From positions 896,001 to 960,000 of the forward strand of contig CAVSGM010000002.1 of the NCBI GenBank assembly GCA_963727485.1: a DNA stretch of 64,000 bases. Reading direction: 5' to 3'. Source of the stretch: an uncultured delta proteobacterium (lineage in GTDB: Bacteria > Myxococcota > Myxococcia > SLRQ01). The notes under the pieces are model-generated. The model made no database searches and was not told the DNA's origin. It saw only the letters and a program-made list of their open reading frames with translations. Below, one piece after another: positions 53,317 to 63,647 of the stretch (the first letter of the stretch is position 1; each line of letters starts with the position of its first letter). The position numbers and the translations under genes were made by a program.

Positions 53317-54868
53317 ATGACGCCGGCGGCGCGCCGGGCCCTCGGGCAGTACTTCACCCCCGAGGCCCTGGTGGACCACCTGCTGGGCCTCGCCTCGGCC
53401 GAGGCCCTCCCGGACGGCGCCCGGATCCTGGAGCCCGCCTGCGGGGACGGGGCGTTCCTGGTGGGCCTGGTGCGCCTGCTGGGCCCCCGGGCCGCGGGGC
53501 TGAAGGTCACCGCCTTCGACGTGGACGCCGCCGCCGCCCGGGCGGCGAGGCGGGAGGTGGCCGGCGCCCTTGAGGCCCACGCCGGGCTCGCCCCGACGGC
53601 GGCGCGGCGCCTGGCGGGCCGGTGGATCCGGGTGGGTGACTTCCTGGCGGCAACCCCCGCGGGCCCCTTCGACCTCGCCCTGGGCAACCCCCCGTTCCTC
53701 GAGGCCAAGCGGATGCCCCGGGCGATGAAGCAGCGCCTGCGCCGGGATCACCCGGCGTGGACCCGCGGGGCCTTCGACCTCTTCGTGCCCTTCGTGGGCC
53801 GGGCCGCCGAGGCGGTCTCGCCCGGGGGGCGGCTGGCCTTCGTCCTCCCCAACAAGGTGGGCATCGCCGCCTACGCCCGGGGGCTGCGGGCGATGCTCCT
53901 CGAGTCGCTGGCCCTGGAGGCGCTCACCGACCTCTCGGACACCAAGGCCTTCGAGGGGGCGAGCGTGTACCCGGTGGCCCTGGTGGCGCGGCGGCCGGCG
54001 GGGGACGCAGAGCGATGCGCCGCCGGCGCCCCCGTGCGCACCCACCGGGGCCATCGCCACGGCGGCGACCTGGTGTTCACCGCCTCGGGCGAGGTGCCGC
54101 GCGCCACCTTCACCGCCGCCCCGGACCAGGTGCTCTTCGTGCCGCCGGAGGGCGCGGCCGCCCGGGCCGAGCTCGCCGCCCTCCTCGATCCCCCGGCCCG
54201 CCTCGGCGACTACCTCGACCTCCGGTGGACGGTGAGCTTCCACCGCGCCGGGCTGCGGGACCGCTACCTCTTCCCCGAGCGCCCGGACACGCCCCACGCC
54301 CGCCGGCTCCTCGGCGCCGGCCGCTACGCCGGCAACACCGACGTCGCCCGCTACCACCTCACCTGGCGGGGCTGGTGGATCGACTACGACCAGGCCCGGG
54401 CCGCCGCCGACGGCAACCACCTCCCGGATCCGGCGATCTTCGCGGCCCCGAAGCTGGTGATCTGCCAGAACGCCCTGCGCCTCCGGGCCGCCCTCGACCG
54501 GGAGGGCTACGTCCTCAAGGACACCTTCTTCGCCGCCCGGCCCACCGAGCGGTGCCGCGCCGAGGGCGTCCCCCTCGAGGCGCTCCTGGGCCTGGTGAAC
54601 AGCGCGCTGCTCCACCGGTGGTACGCGGCGGTCTTCGGCCTCACCCGGGTCAACGGCGGGTACCTCCACTACCTGGGGAGCTACCTCAAGCATCTGCCGG
54701 TGCCCGAGGCGCGGTGCCTGGACGCCGGGCTCGGCCGAGGCGGTGGGCGCCTGCGAGGCGGCGGCGGCGGCGGGTGACGACGCCGCCCTCGCGGGTGCCG
54801 AGGCCGCGGTCGAGGCGCGCGTCCGCGCGGCGTTTGGCCTGCGGGTCGAGACGCCCGTCCACCCATGA
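53317..54868 (+). CDS. Orphan N6-adenine DNA methyltransferase, gamma class (TaqI/Eco57I-like); apparent +1 frameshift at ~54733
   Basis: LGQYFTP, ILEPACGDGAF (motif I), GNPPF (motif IV), GRLAFVLPN and TRD-like LLGLVNS. The terminal helix ...VRAAFGL is in the next frame and ends at 54868. Confidence 0.8.
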
Positions 54869-54971
54869 GCTCCCCCGGGGAGGGCACGGGCCCTCGGCGC
54901 TTCGGCGCGAGCTGCCGCCAGGCCGGCCCCGCCCTTCCGCCCCCGCAGGCGAGGGGATAAGGTCCGGGCCC

Positions 54972-56165
54972 ATGCTCGCCGCCGACCTCACCCTCGGCCC
55001 CCCGGCCGAGGCGGCCGAGGTGGCCGCCTTCCGGGACATCGCCATCGACGCCCTCCTCTTCCGGAGGGCGCCCGAGGACTGGCCCGAGTCCGAGGGGCTC
55101 GCGAACGTCACCGTGGCCCGCCTCGGCGACGAGGTCGTCGGGGGCCTGGTGGTCCAGCCCATGGGCCTCTGGGTCGGCGCGCGCAGCGTCCCCATGGGGG
55201 CGGTCAGGGCGGTGGCGGTGGCGCCGGAGCACCGGGGGCGGCGGGTGGCCTTCGCGCTGGTCCGGCGCGCCCTCGAGGCCGACCGCGACGCCGGCCGGCC
55301 GGTGTCGATGCTCTTCGCGGCGACCTTCTCGGTGTACCGGAAGGCCGGCTACGAGCACGCCGGCACCTTCAACGTCTACCGGGTGCCGGCCCACGCCTTC
55401 GGGAACACCGTGGCGCCGGCGGGCACGGTGGCCCCGGCGCGCCGGGGCGGCCCCGACGACCTCCCCGCCGTCCGCGCCCTCTACGAGGCCGTCGCCCGGC
55501 AGCGCCCGGGCCACCTCGACCGCTCCGAGTGGTTCTGGGGCCGGCGCTTCGCGGCGCTGACCGACGGCAAGGCCAAGCTCTACCTCCTCGGCGCCGGCGA
55601 CCCGGAGGGCTTCGTCGTCCTCCAGCCGGGCGTCCCCGGGGACACCGGCCGGGGCACCCTCGTGGTCTCGGACTGGGGCGTCACCACCCCCGCCGCCGCC
55701 CGGGGCCTCCGGCGCCTCCTCGCCGGCCACCGCTCCCGCATCGACGACGTGGAGCTCCGGGGCGCGGTGGGCGAGCCGCTGCTTTTGCCGCTCGCCGACC
55801 CGGCGTCGCGGATCCACGACCAGGTGCTGTGGATGCTCCGCCTCACCGACGTCGCCGCCGCCCTCGAGGCCCGGGGCTGGCCCGCCGGCCGCACCGGCAG
55901 CCTCCACCTCGACGTCGCCGACGACGTCCTCCCCTGGAACCGCCGGCGCCTGGTCCTCGAGGTCGAGGGCGGCCGGGCCACCGTCCGCGAGGGGGGCGAG
56001 GGCACCCTGAAGGCCGACGTCCGGGGGCTGGCGTCCCTCTACACCGGCCACCTCGGCGCCGAGCCGCTGGCCACCTGCGGCCTCCTCGACGGGCCGCCCG
56101 AGACCCTCGCCGCCGCCACCGCCCTCTTCGCCGGCCCGGCCCCCTGGACGCCGGACATGTTCTAG
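54972..56165 (+). CDS. Eis-like GNAT acetyltransferase with SCP2-like C-terminus
   Basis: VAVAPEHRGRRVA, YRKAGYE, WMLRLTDVAAALEARG and a C-terminal DMF. Confidence 0.85.
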   Translation: MLAADLTLGPPAEAAEVAAFRDIAIDALLFRRAPEDWPESEGLANVTVARLGDEVVGGLVVQPMGLWVGARSVPMGAVRAVAVAPEHRGRRVAFALVRRALEADRDAGRPVSMLFAATFSVYRKAGYEHAGTFNVYRVPAHAFGNTVAPAGTVAPARRGGPDDLPAVRALYEAVARQRPGHLDRSEWFWGRRFAALTDGKAKLYLLGAGDPEGFVVLQPGVPGDTGRGTLVVSDWGVTTPAAARGLRRLLAGHRSRIDDVELRGAVGEPLLLPLADPASRIHDQVLWMLRLTDVAAALEARGWPAGRTGSLHLDVADDVLPWNRRRLVLEVEGGRATVREGGEGTLKADVRGLASLYTGHLGAEPLATCGLLDGPPETLAAATALFAGPAPWTPDMF

Positions 56166-56219
56166 GGGAGCCCCGCGGCCCCGGCGGACCTAGATTTCCC
56201 GAATCGGTTCGGAGACACG

Positions 56220-57281
56220 ATGTACGCAGCGATCCTCGCCGGCGGTTCCGGCACCCGCTTCTGGCCCCTCTCGCGCACCGCGCGGCCCAAGCAGTTCCTC
56301 GACCTCCTCGGAGGCGGGAGCCTGCTCGAGGCCACCGCGGCGCGCCTGCCGCCCCTGGTGCGCCCGGACGAGACGCTGGTGGTCTGCGGCCCGGTCCACG
56401 CCGACGAGGCCCGCCGGCGCCTGCCGAGGCTCGCCCCCGACCAGGTCCTCGTCGAGCCCGCCCCGAGGAACACCGCCGCCGCCGTGGGCCTGGCCACCTT
56501 CTGGGCCCTGAAGCGCGACCCCGACGCGGTGGTGGCGATCCTCCCCGCCGACCACCACATCGGCGACGCCGCCGCCTTCCGCGCGGTCCTCGCCGACGCC
56601 GAGGGCGCCGCCCGCGAGGGCCACATCGTCACCCTGGGCATGGCCCCCACCCGCCCGGAGACCGGCTACGGCTACATCCACGCCGGCGAGGTGGTGATGG
56701 AGGTGGACGGCCGCCCGGTGCACCGGGTCCGTGCCTTCAAGGAGAAGCCCGACCTCGAGCAGGCCGAGGCCTACCTGCGCGCCGGGAGCCACTACTGGAA
56801 CGGCGGGATCTTCGTCTTCCGCGCCGAGGTGATGCGCGCCGAGCTCGCCCGCCACGCCCCGGGGGTCAGCGGGCCGCTGGAGGCCATCGCCACCGACCTC
56901 GACGACCCCGAGGCCCTCGCCGAGGCCTGGGGCCAGGTGGAGTCCACCTCCATCGACTACGCGGTGATGGAGCACACCGACCGCGCCGCGGTGATCCCGG
57001 TGCGCTTCCCCTGGTCCGATCTGGGGAGCTTCGCCTCGCTCCCGGAGGTCCTCGAGGCCGACGCCACCGGGAACACCGTCATCGGCGACGCCATCACCGT
57101 CGACGCCACCGGCTGCGTCGTCCACGCCGCCGCCGGTCGCCCGGTGGCCCTGGTGGGCGTCGAGAACCTCGTCGTCGTCGACGCCGGCGACGCCATCCTG
57201 GTGTGCCCCGCCTCCCGGTGCCAGGAGGTGCGCGAGGTCGTGGCGCGCCTCAAGGCCGGGGGCCGCGACACCCTTCTCTAG
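56220..57281 (+). CDS. manC: Mannose-1-phosphate guanylyltransferase
   Basis: ILAGGSGTRFWPLSR..PKQ, EPAPRNTA, PADH, TGYGYI, SIDYAVME and WSDLGS. Confidence 0.93.
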   Translation: MYAAILAGGSGTRFWPLSRTARPKQFLDLLGGGSLLEATAARLPPLVRPDETLVVCGPVHADEARRRLPRLAPDQVLVEPAPRNTAAAVGLATFWALKRDPDAVVAILPADHHIGDAAAFRAVLADAEGAAREGHIVTLGMAPTRPETGYGYIHAGEVVMEVDGRPVHRVRAFKEKPDLEQAEAYLRAGSHYWNGGIFVFRAEVMRAELARHAPGVSGPLEAIATDLDDPEALAEAWGQVESTSIDYAVMEHTDRAAVIPVRFPWSDLGSFASLPEVLEADATGNTVIGDAITVDATGCVVHAAAGRPVALVGVENLVVVDAGDAILVCPASRCQEVREVVARLKAGGRDTLL

Positions 57282-57295
57282 ACCTGGGGGAACCC

Positions 57296-58666
57296 ATGAA
57301 CACCGACATCTTCCGCGAGTACGACATCCGGGGCGTGGTCGACACCGACCTCACCGACGAGGTCGTCACCGACCTCGGCCGGGCCCTGGGCAGCGAGGTG
57401 CGCGACTCGGGCGGCGACACCGTGGTCCTCGGCCGCGACGCCCGCACCAGCAGCCTCCGCTTCCGCGAGGCCTTCGTCGACGGGCTCCTCGACGTGGGCT
57501 GCTCGGTGGTGGACATCGGGCTGTGCACCACGCCGCTGCTCTACTTCGCCGCCAACAGCTGGGAGGACGCCCACGGCCTGGCGATGATCACCGGCTCCCA
57601 CAACCCGCCGGACCACAACGGGTTCAAGGTGGGCGTGGGCAAGGTGACCATGGGCGGGGAGAAGATCCAGGTCCTGCGCCGGCGCATCGAGAACCGCCGG
57701 TTCACCACCGGCAAGCGGGCCAAGGTCCACTCCCGCGACGCGCTGAAGCCCTACCTCGCCTACCTGAAGGAGAACCTCCAGTTCGGCGAGCGGCGGCCCA
57801 AGGTGGTGATCGACGCGGGCAACGGCGTGGGCGCCATCACCGCCATGCCCATGCTCGAGGCGGCGGGCTTCGAGCCGGTGGGCCTCTACCTCGAGCCCGA
57901 CGGCACCTTCCCCAACCACGAGGCCGACCCCACGGTGGAGGCGAACCTCGCCCCGCTCATCGCCGCGGTCAAGGAGCACGGAGCCGACGCGGGCATCGCC
58001 TACGACGGCGACGCCGACCGCATCGGGGTGGTCGACGAGCAGGGCCGGATCATCTGGGGCGACAAGCTGATGATCCTCTTCTCCCGGGCGGTCCTCGAGG
58101 AGAACCCCGGGGCGCCCATCGTCGGCGAGGTGAAGTGCAGCAAGACCCTCTACGACGACATCGCCGCCCACGGCGGCAGGCCCATCATGTGCAAGACCGG
58201 CCACTCGCTGATCAAGGCCCGGATGAAGGAGGAGGGCGCGCTCCTCGGCGGGGAGATGAGCGGCCACATGTTCTTCGCCGACCGCTACTTCGGCTACGAC
58301 GACGCCTGCTACGCCACCGGGCGCCTGCTGGAGATCCTCTCGGCCACCGACCGGCCCCTCTCCGAGCTCCTCGCCGACGTGCCGGCCACCTTCGCCACCC
58401 CGGAGCTGCGCAACGAGATCCCCGAGGCCATCAAGTTCCCGGTGGTGGAGGCGCTGCAGGAGCGCCTGGCCAAGGCCCACGAGGTGGTCACCATCGACGG
58501 CGCCCGGGTGATCTTCCCGGACGGCTGGGGCCTGGTGCGCGCCTCCAACACCCAGCCGCTCCTGGTCCTGCGCTTCGAGGCCGAGACCGAGGCGCGCCTC
58601 CAGGAGATCCAGGGCCTGGTCGAGGGCGAGCTCGCCGCCGCCCGGGCCGAGGTGGAGGCGCGGTGA
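57296..58666 (+). CDS. Phosphomannomutase/phosphoglucomutase (AlgC/ManB type)
   Basis: IFREYDIRG, TGSHNP, DGDADR, GEMSGH and VRASNT. Confidence 0.93.
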   Translation: MNTDIFREYDIRGVVDTDLTDEVVTDLGRALGSEVRDSGGDTVVLGRDARTSSLRFREAFVDGLLDVGCSVVDIGLCTTPLLYFAANSWEDAHGLAMITGSHNPPDHNGFKVGVGKVTMGGEKIQVLRRRIENRRFTTGKRAKVHSRDALKPYLAYLKENLQFGERRPKVVIDAGNGVGAITAMPMLEAAGFEPVGLYLEPDGTFPNHEADPTVEANLAPLIAAVKEHGADAGIAYDGDADRIGVVDEQGRIIWGDKLMILFSRAVLEENPGAPIVGEVKCSKTLYDDIAAHGGRPIMCKTGHSLIKARMKEEGALLGGEMSGHMFFADRYFGYDDACYATGRLLEILSATDRPLSELLADVPATFATPELRNEIPEAIKFPVVEALQERLAKAHEVVTIDGARVIFPDGWGLVRASNTQPLLVLRFEAETEARLQEIQGLVEGELAAARAEVEAR

Positions 58667-59364
58667 CCGCCCCCGCCGGGGACGCCCCAGCGCCCGGCGA
58701 CGACGGGGACGACGGGGACGAGGGCCGCTACCGGCGCTTCGTCCTCGCCGAGACCCGGGTGGGCGCCCCGGCCCTGGTGCCCGAGCTGGCCCTCCACCTC
58801 GCCGAGGCGGCGACGCCCCTGTGGGAGGCCACCGAGGCGACGCTCTCGAAGACCGGCCTGCCCCCGCCCTACTGGGCGTTCGCCTGGCCGGGAGGGCAGG
58901 CCACCGCCCGCCACCTCCTCGATCACCCCGAGCTCGTCGCCGGCCGCACCGTCCTCGACTTCGGCGCCGGCTCGGGGATCGCCGGCATCGCCGCGGCGAA
59001 GGCCGGCGCCGCCCGGGTGGTCTTGAGCGACATCGATCCCTTCGCCGGCGCCGCCATGCGCCTCAACGCCGGCCTCAACGACGTCGAGGTGGAGGTCACC
59101 ACCGCCGACCTGGTGGGCTCGCGCGAGGGCTTCGACCTCGTCCTCGCCGGGGACGTCTGCTACGAGCGCCCCATGGCCGAGGCGGTCACCCGGTGGCTCG
59201 CCGCCCTGGCGGTCGCCGGGGTCCCGGTGATCCTCGCCGACCCCGGGCGCAGCTACCTGCCCAGCGAGGGCCTCGAGGCGCTGGCGACCTACGCGGTGCC
59301 CACCTCCCTGGACCTCGAGGACCGGGAGGTCCGGGAGACCACCCTCTACCGGCTGGTGGGCTAG
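58663..59364 (+). CDS. Class I SAM-dependent protein methyltransferase (METTL20/PrmA-like)
   Basis: PPPYWAFAWPGG, VLDFGAGSG, GDVCYE and DPGR. Confidence 0.8.
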   Translation: MTAPAGDAPAPGDDGDDGDEGRYRRFVLAETRVGAPALVPELALHLAEAATPLWEATEATLSKTGLPPPYWAFAWPGGQATARHLLDHPELVAGRTVLDFGAGSGIAGIAAAKAGAARVVLSDIDPFAGAAMRLNAGLNDVEVEVTTADLVGSREGFDLVLAGDVCYERPMAEAVTRWLAALAVAGVPVILADPGRSYLPSEGLEALATYAVPTSLDLEDREVRETTLYRLVG

Positions 59365-60749
59365 GCGGCCGTCCGCCGCCGGCGACCGAGGGCGACGAGC
59401 CCCAGGCCCAGGAGCAGGAGCCCGGCGCCGCTCCCGCCGTGGGCGGCGCTGCACCCGCAGCCCCCCGGGGAGACGTTGTCGACCGGGATGGGACCGCCGT
59501 CCGCGCCGCCCCCGCCGTCCGCCGCCCCGGCATCCGGGCCGCCGGCGTCGGCCCCGCCGCCGTCCGACACCCCGCCGTCGGTCGCCGCCGCGGTGCCGTA
59601 CTCGTAGGCGCCCACGTCGAGGGTCCCGTCCGCGGGCCGGGGCACGGTGGCCGTGGGGTGGGCGTACGCCTTGGTCGGCGCCAGGGCGTAGCCGTCGAAG
59701 CTCTGCCCGGGGTCCACCCCGGCGTCGACGGCCGGGGAGCCGGCGAGGAGGTGGTAGTCGAAGCCCGCCCGGTCCACCAGCATCGGCGCGTTGGTCTCCA
59801 GGTTCCCGGCGAGGGTCGGCTGGCCGCCCGTGGCCGTGCCCCCACCGATGAACAGGTTGTTCTCGACGGTCGCCTGCGAGCCGCTCCCCAGGTAGACCAG
59901 CGTCCCCGCCCCGGCGTCGTTCACGAAGGTGTTGTTCACCACGTAGAGGTGGTGGTCGGGGTTCGCGGGGTTGGTCCCCTCCTCGAGGTAGGCGAGCATC
60001 TGCTTGTTCATCGGGCTCGACCCCTGCTGGAAGAGGTTCCCGATGACGTAGCTCTCGCCGCCGTTGGGCAGGTCCAGCTCCCGGCTCGCCTGCCCGCCGT
60101 CCTGGGTGATCCGGTTGTAGAGGATCTCGTTGACCGCGGCCCGGCTCTTGACCAGGTGGCCGGCGTCGGGCCCCGAGGCGAGCGCGTGGGACCAGCACCC
60201 GATCATGGTGAAGTGGCCCACGTGCCCGATGTAGAGGTTGTGGGTGTAGCCCCAGTCGCCGGACCCGTTCTGGTAGAGCTCGTCGTCCACGAGGGTGACG
60301 TGGGCGCTCGCATTCGAGCTGGTGAGGATCCCGTCCTGGTTGTCGTGGATGTAGCTGTGCTTCACCGTGAGGTCGCCGCCCTGGGCCCGGATGCCGGCGC
60401 CGTTGGCCCCGTAGTTGGCGGCGATCTGGCAGCCGGAGAGCTCGACGTTGTCGATGGTCACGTTGTTGCCGTTGACCACCCAGATGGCCTTGTGGCCGTA
60501 GGCCTGCCCGGCGGCGTCGATGTGGGGCCGGCCGTTGACGCCCCGGAGGGTGAGGTCGTTCTGGGGGATGGCGCAGACGTCGCCGTCGTAGCTGCCGGTG
60601 GCGTCGATGAGGATGGTGTCGCCGTCGCCCGCCGCGGCGATCGCCTGGCAGGGCTTGGCGTAGGTCTGTCCGGGCCCCACGTTCAGGGTGGCGGCGAAGG
60701 CCGGGGCGGCGAGGAGCAGGGCGGCGAGGGCGATGGGAAGTCGGGCCAT
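59361..60749 (-). CDS. Secreted right-handed beta-helix (pectin-lyase-like) protein with MYXO-CTERM-like anchor
   Basis: Signal peptide, NGAGIR...IHDNQDGIL...HNLYIG...HLVKSRA, DVGAYE, DGG linker, and GGCGC-TM-RRRR tail. Confidence 0.8.
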   Translation of the reverse strand: MARLPIALAALLLAAPAFAATLNVGPGQTYAKPCQAIAAAGDGDTILIDATGSYDGDVCAIPQNDLTLRGVNGRPHIDAAGQAYGHKAIWVVNGNNVTIDNVELSGCQIAANYGANGAGIRAQGGDLTVKHSYIHDNQDGILTSSNASAHVTLVDDELYQNGSGDWGYTHNLYIGHVGHFTMIGCWSHALASGPDAGHLVKSRAAVNEILYNRITQDGGQASRELDLPNGGESYVIGNLFQQGSSPMNKQMLAYLEEGTNPANPDHHLYVVNNTFVNDAGAGTLVYLGSGSQATVENNLFIGGGTATGGQPTLAGNLETNAPMLVDRAGFDYHLLAGSPAVDAGVDPGQSFDGYALAPTKAYAHPTATVPRPADGTLDVGAYEYGTAAATDGGVSDGGGADAGGPDAGAADGGGGADGGPIPVDNVSPGGCGCSAAHGGSGAGLLLLGLGLVALGRRRRTAA

Positions 60750-60799
60750 GGTTGGCCATCATCGCGCAGCCCGGCCACGGGGGAAACCGTCCCGGGTCC

Positions 60800-62744
60800 C
60801 TATCGCCGGCGCCGGCGCATCCAGTTGATGCGGCCCCCGGCGAGGAGCACCTCGGCGGCCCGCCCGGAGAGGCCGTGGTGGACGCGGAGCGCCCGGTCCT
60901 TGCCCTCGACCTCTACCGTGAGGTCCTCGCCCGCCGACACCGCGTCGCGGATCCCCTCGAGGACCAGCACGTCGCCTGGCTCCAGGGCGTCGTAGTCGTC
61001 CGGGTCGGCGAAGGTCAGGGGCAGGACCCCGAAGTTCACCAGGTTCTGCCCATGGATCCGGGAGAAGCGCTTGGCCAGCACCGCCCGGAGCCCCAGGTAC
61101 CGTGGCGCCAGCGCCGCGTGCTCCCGGCTGGAGCCCTGGCCGTAGTTGTCACCGCCGACCACCGCGTGGCCCCCGTCGTCCTTCACCGCCTTCGCCCGCT
61201 TTGCGTACCCGCTGTCGACCAGGTCGAAGGCGAACTCGGCGATCTTGGGGATGTTGCTGCGGTAGGGCAGCACCCTCGTCCCCGCCGGGAGGATCTCGTC
61301 GGTGGACAGATCGTCGCCGACCTTGAGGAGCACCGGGAGGCGCAGGGCGTCGGGGAGCGCGTCGAGCTCGGGAATGGAGGCGATGTTCGGCCCCTTCACC
61401 AGGTCGACCTCGGAGCCGTCCTCCGGAGGCGCGGCGAGCATCTCCCGGTTGCGGATCCACTTCTTCGGCGGTGCGTACCTGGGGCAGGGGATGTTGAGGC
61501 TCCGGGGATGGGTGATCACCCCGCGCAGGGCGCTGGCGGTGGCGGTCTCGGGGCTGACCAGGTAGACGCTGTCCTCGCGGGTCCCCGAGCGTCCGGGGAA
61601 GTTCCGCGGCGTGGTCCGGAGACTGGGCCGGCCGGTGGCGGGCGCCTGGCCCATGCCGATGCAGCCGTTGCAGCCGGCCTGGTGGAGCCGCGCCCCGGCG
61701 TGGAGGAGTCGGCCCAGGTGCCCCGAGGCCACCAGGTTCTCCAGGATCTCCCGGGAGGTGGGGTTGACGTCGAAGCTCACCCCGTCGGCGACGCGCCGGC
61801 CCTCGAGCATCATCGCCGGCACCGCGAAGTCCCGGGGCCCGGGGTTCGCCGAGGAGCCAAGGTAGGCCTGGTAGATCTCCATGCCCTCGAGCTCGGAGAC
61901 CTCGACCACGTTCCCGGGGCTCGAGGGCTTGGCGATGAGCGGCACCAGGGCGGAGAGGTCGAGGGTGTCGGTGTCGTCGTACTCGGCGTCCCGATCGGCG
62001 GCGAGCGCCTGGAAGTCGACCTCGCGCCCCTGCTCGGCGAGGAAGCACCTCGTCTCGTCGTCGGCCGGGAAGACGGTGGTGGTGGCGCCGAGCTCGGCGC
62101 CCATGTTGGCGATGACGTGGCGGTCCCAGGTGGACAGCGTCGCCACCCCCGGTCCGTGGTACTCGACGACGCGCCCGAGCCCCCCGTCGACCCCGTGGCG
62201 CCGGAGCATCTCCAGGATCACGTCCTTGGCGCTCACCCACTCCGGGAGCTCGCCCTCGAGGCGCACCCCGAGGACCCGCGGCATCTTCACGTGGAAGGGC
62301 TCCCCGGCCATCGCCAGGGCCACGTCCAGGCCCCCGGCGCCGATGGCGAGCATCCCCAGGGCCCCGCCGGCGCAGGAGTGGCTGTCCGAGCCCAGGAGGG
62401 TCCGGCCCGGCCGGCCGAAGTGACTCATGTGCAGCGGGTGGCTCACCCCGTTGCCCGGGCGGCTGAACCATACCCCGAAGCGCTGGCAGGCGCTCTCCAG
62501 GAAGAGGTGGTCGTCGGGGTTCTTGAAGTCCTCCTGGACCAGGTTGTGATCCACGTACTGGGCGCTGACCTCGGTCTTCACCCGGTCGAGGCCCATGGCC
62601 TCGAGCTCGAGCATCACCAGGGTGCCGGTGGCGTCCTGGGTCAGGGTCTGGTCGACGTGGATCCCGATTCTCGGTGCCCGGGGTCGGCTCCCCCTCGACC
62701 AGGTGGGACTCGATGAGCTTCGTCGCGACGGTTCCGTGAGCCAT
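60800..62744 (-). CDS. Aconitate hydratase (short ~650 aa type; apparent +1 frameshift at ~62668)
   Basis: DQTLTQDATGT, GSDSHS, GCNGCIGMG, RNFPGR and NYGQGSSREHA. Confidence 0.88.
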
Positions 62745-62831
62745 GGCTCGACGTTAGGGAGGCATCCGGCAGGCACAAGCAACGCCCCCGCCCTTGGCCA
62801 GCGGCGAGCGCCGGGGCTAGCCTCTGTGGCG

Positions 62832-63644
62832 ATGGTCGTCGGCCGCCTCGCGCCCACCCCCTCGGGCCACCTCCACCTGGGCAACGCCCTGGCGTTTGGC
62901 GCCGCCTGGCTCTCGGTGCGCCGCCAGGGCGGCCGGCTGCTCCTGCGCCTCGAGGACCTCGATCGGGGCCGCGCCCGGCCCGAGGTCGCCGAGGCCCAGC
63001 GCCAGGACCTCCTCTGGCTCGGCCTCGACTGGGACGAAGAGGTCCCGGCGCAGGGCACCCGGGACTACGACCTCTCGGGGATCCCCGCCTACCGGTGCGC
63101 CTGCAACCGCGCCACCCGCCTCGCCGGCGCGTGCCCCTGCCGGGCGGCGCCCGCCGCCGAGGGGGTGCTGCGGTTCCGGGTCCCCGGCGGCGAGGTGCGC
63201 TTCACCGACCGGGCCCGGGGGCCAAAGCGCTTCCGCCCCGACGACGACCCGGTGATCCGCCGGCGCGACGGCGAGGTCGCCTACCCGGCGGCGGTGGTGA
63301 TCGACGACGCCCGGGACGGCATCACCGAGGTGGTCCGGGGCGCCGACCTCCTCGAGGCCACCGCCACCCAGCTCGCCCTCCACCGGGTCCTGGGCCTGTC
63401 GCCGCCGAGCTACCTCCACGTGCCGGTGCTCCTCGGCCCCGATGGGACCAAGCTCGCCAAGCGCCACGGGAGCACCGAGCTCGAGGCCCTGCGCGCCGCC
63501 GGCTGGACCCCGGACGACGTGTGGGCCGCCCTCCTGCCGCTGCTCGGCCAGCCGCCGGGGCCGCTGGCGAACGCCGGCTTCGACCCGGCGCGGATCCCCG
63601 CCGGGCCGTTCACCGTCGACGCCCAGGGCCGGGTGCGCCGGTAG
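62832..63644 (+). CDS. gluQ: Glutamyl-Q tRNA(Asp) synthetase-like (catalytic domain only)
   Basis: RLAPTPSGHLHLGN (HIGH), RLEDLD, VVRGADL and KLAKR (KMSKS). No anticodon-binding domain. Confidence 0.8.
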   Translation: MVVGRLAPTPSGHLHLGNALAFGAAWLSVRRQGGRLLLRLEDLDRGRARPEVAEAQRQDLLWLGLDWDEEVPAQGTRDYDLSGIPAYRCACNRATRLAGACPCRAAPAAEGVLRFRVPGGEVRFTDRARGPKRFRPDDDPVIRRRDGEVAYPAAVVIDDARDGITEVVRGADLLEATATQLALHRVLGLSPPSYLHVPVLLGPDGTKLAKRHGSTELEALRAAGWTPDDVWAALLPLLGQPPGPLANAGFDPARIPAGPFTVDAQGRVRR

Positions 63645-63647
63645 GGC

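Noticed and set aside
53317..56165. Restriction-modification or defence island
   Set aside because: No nuclease, helicase or specificity subunit is recognisable, the neighbours are housekeeping genes, and there is no compositional shift.
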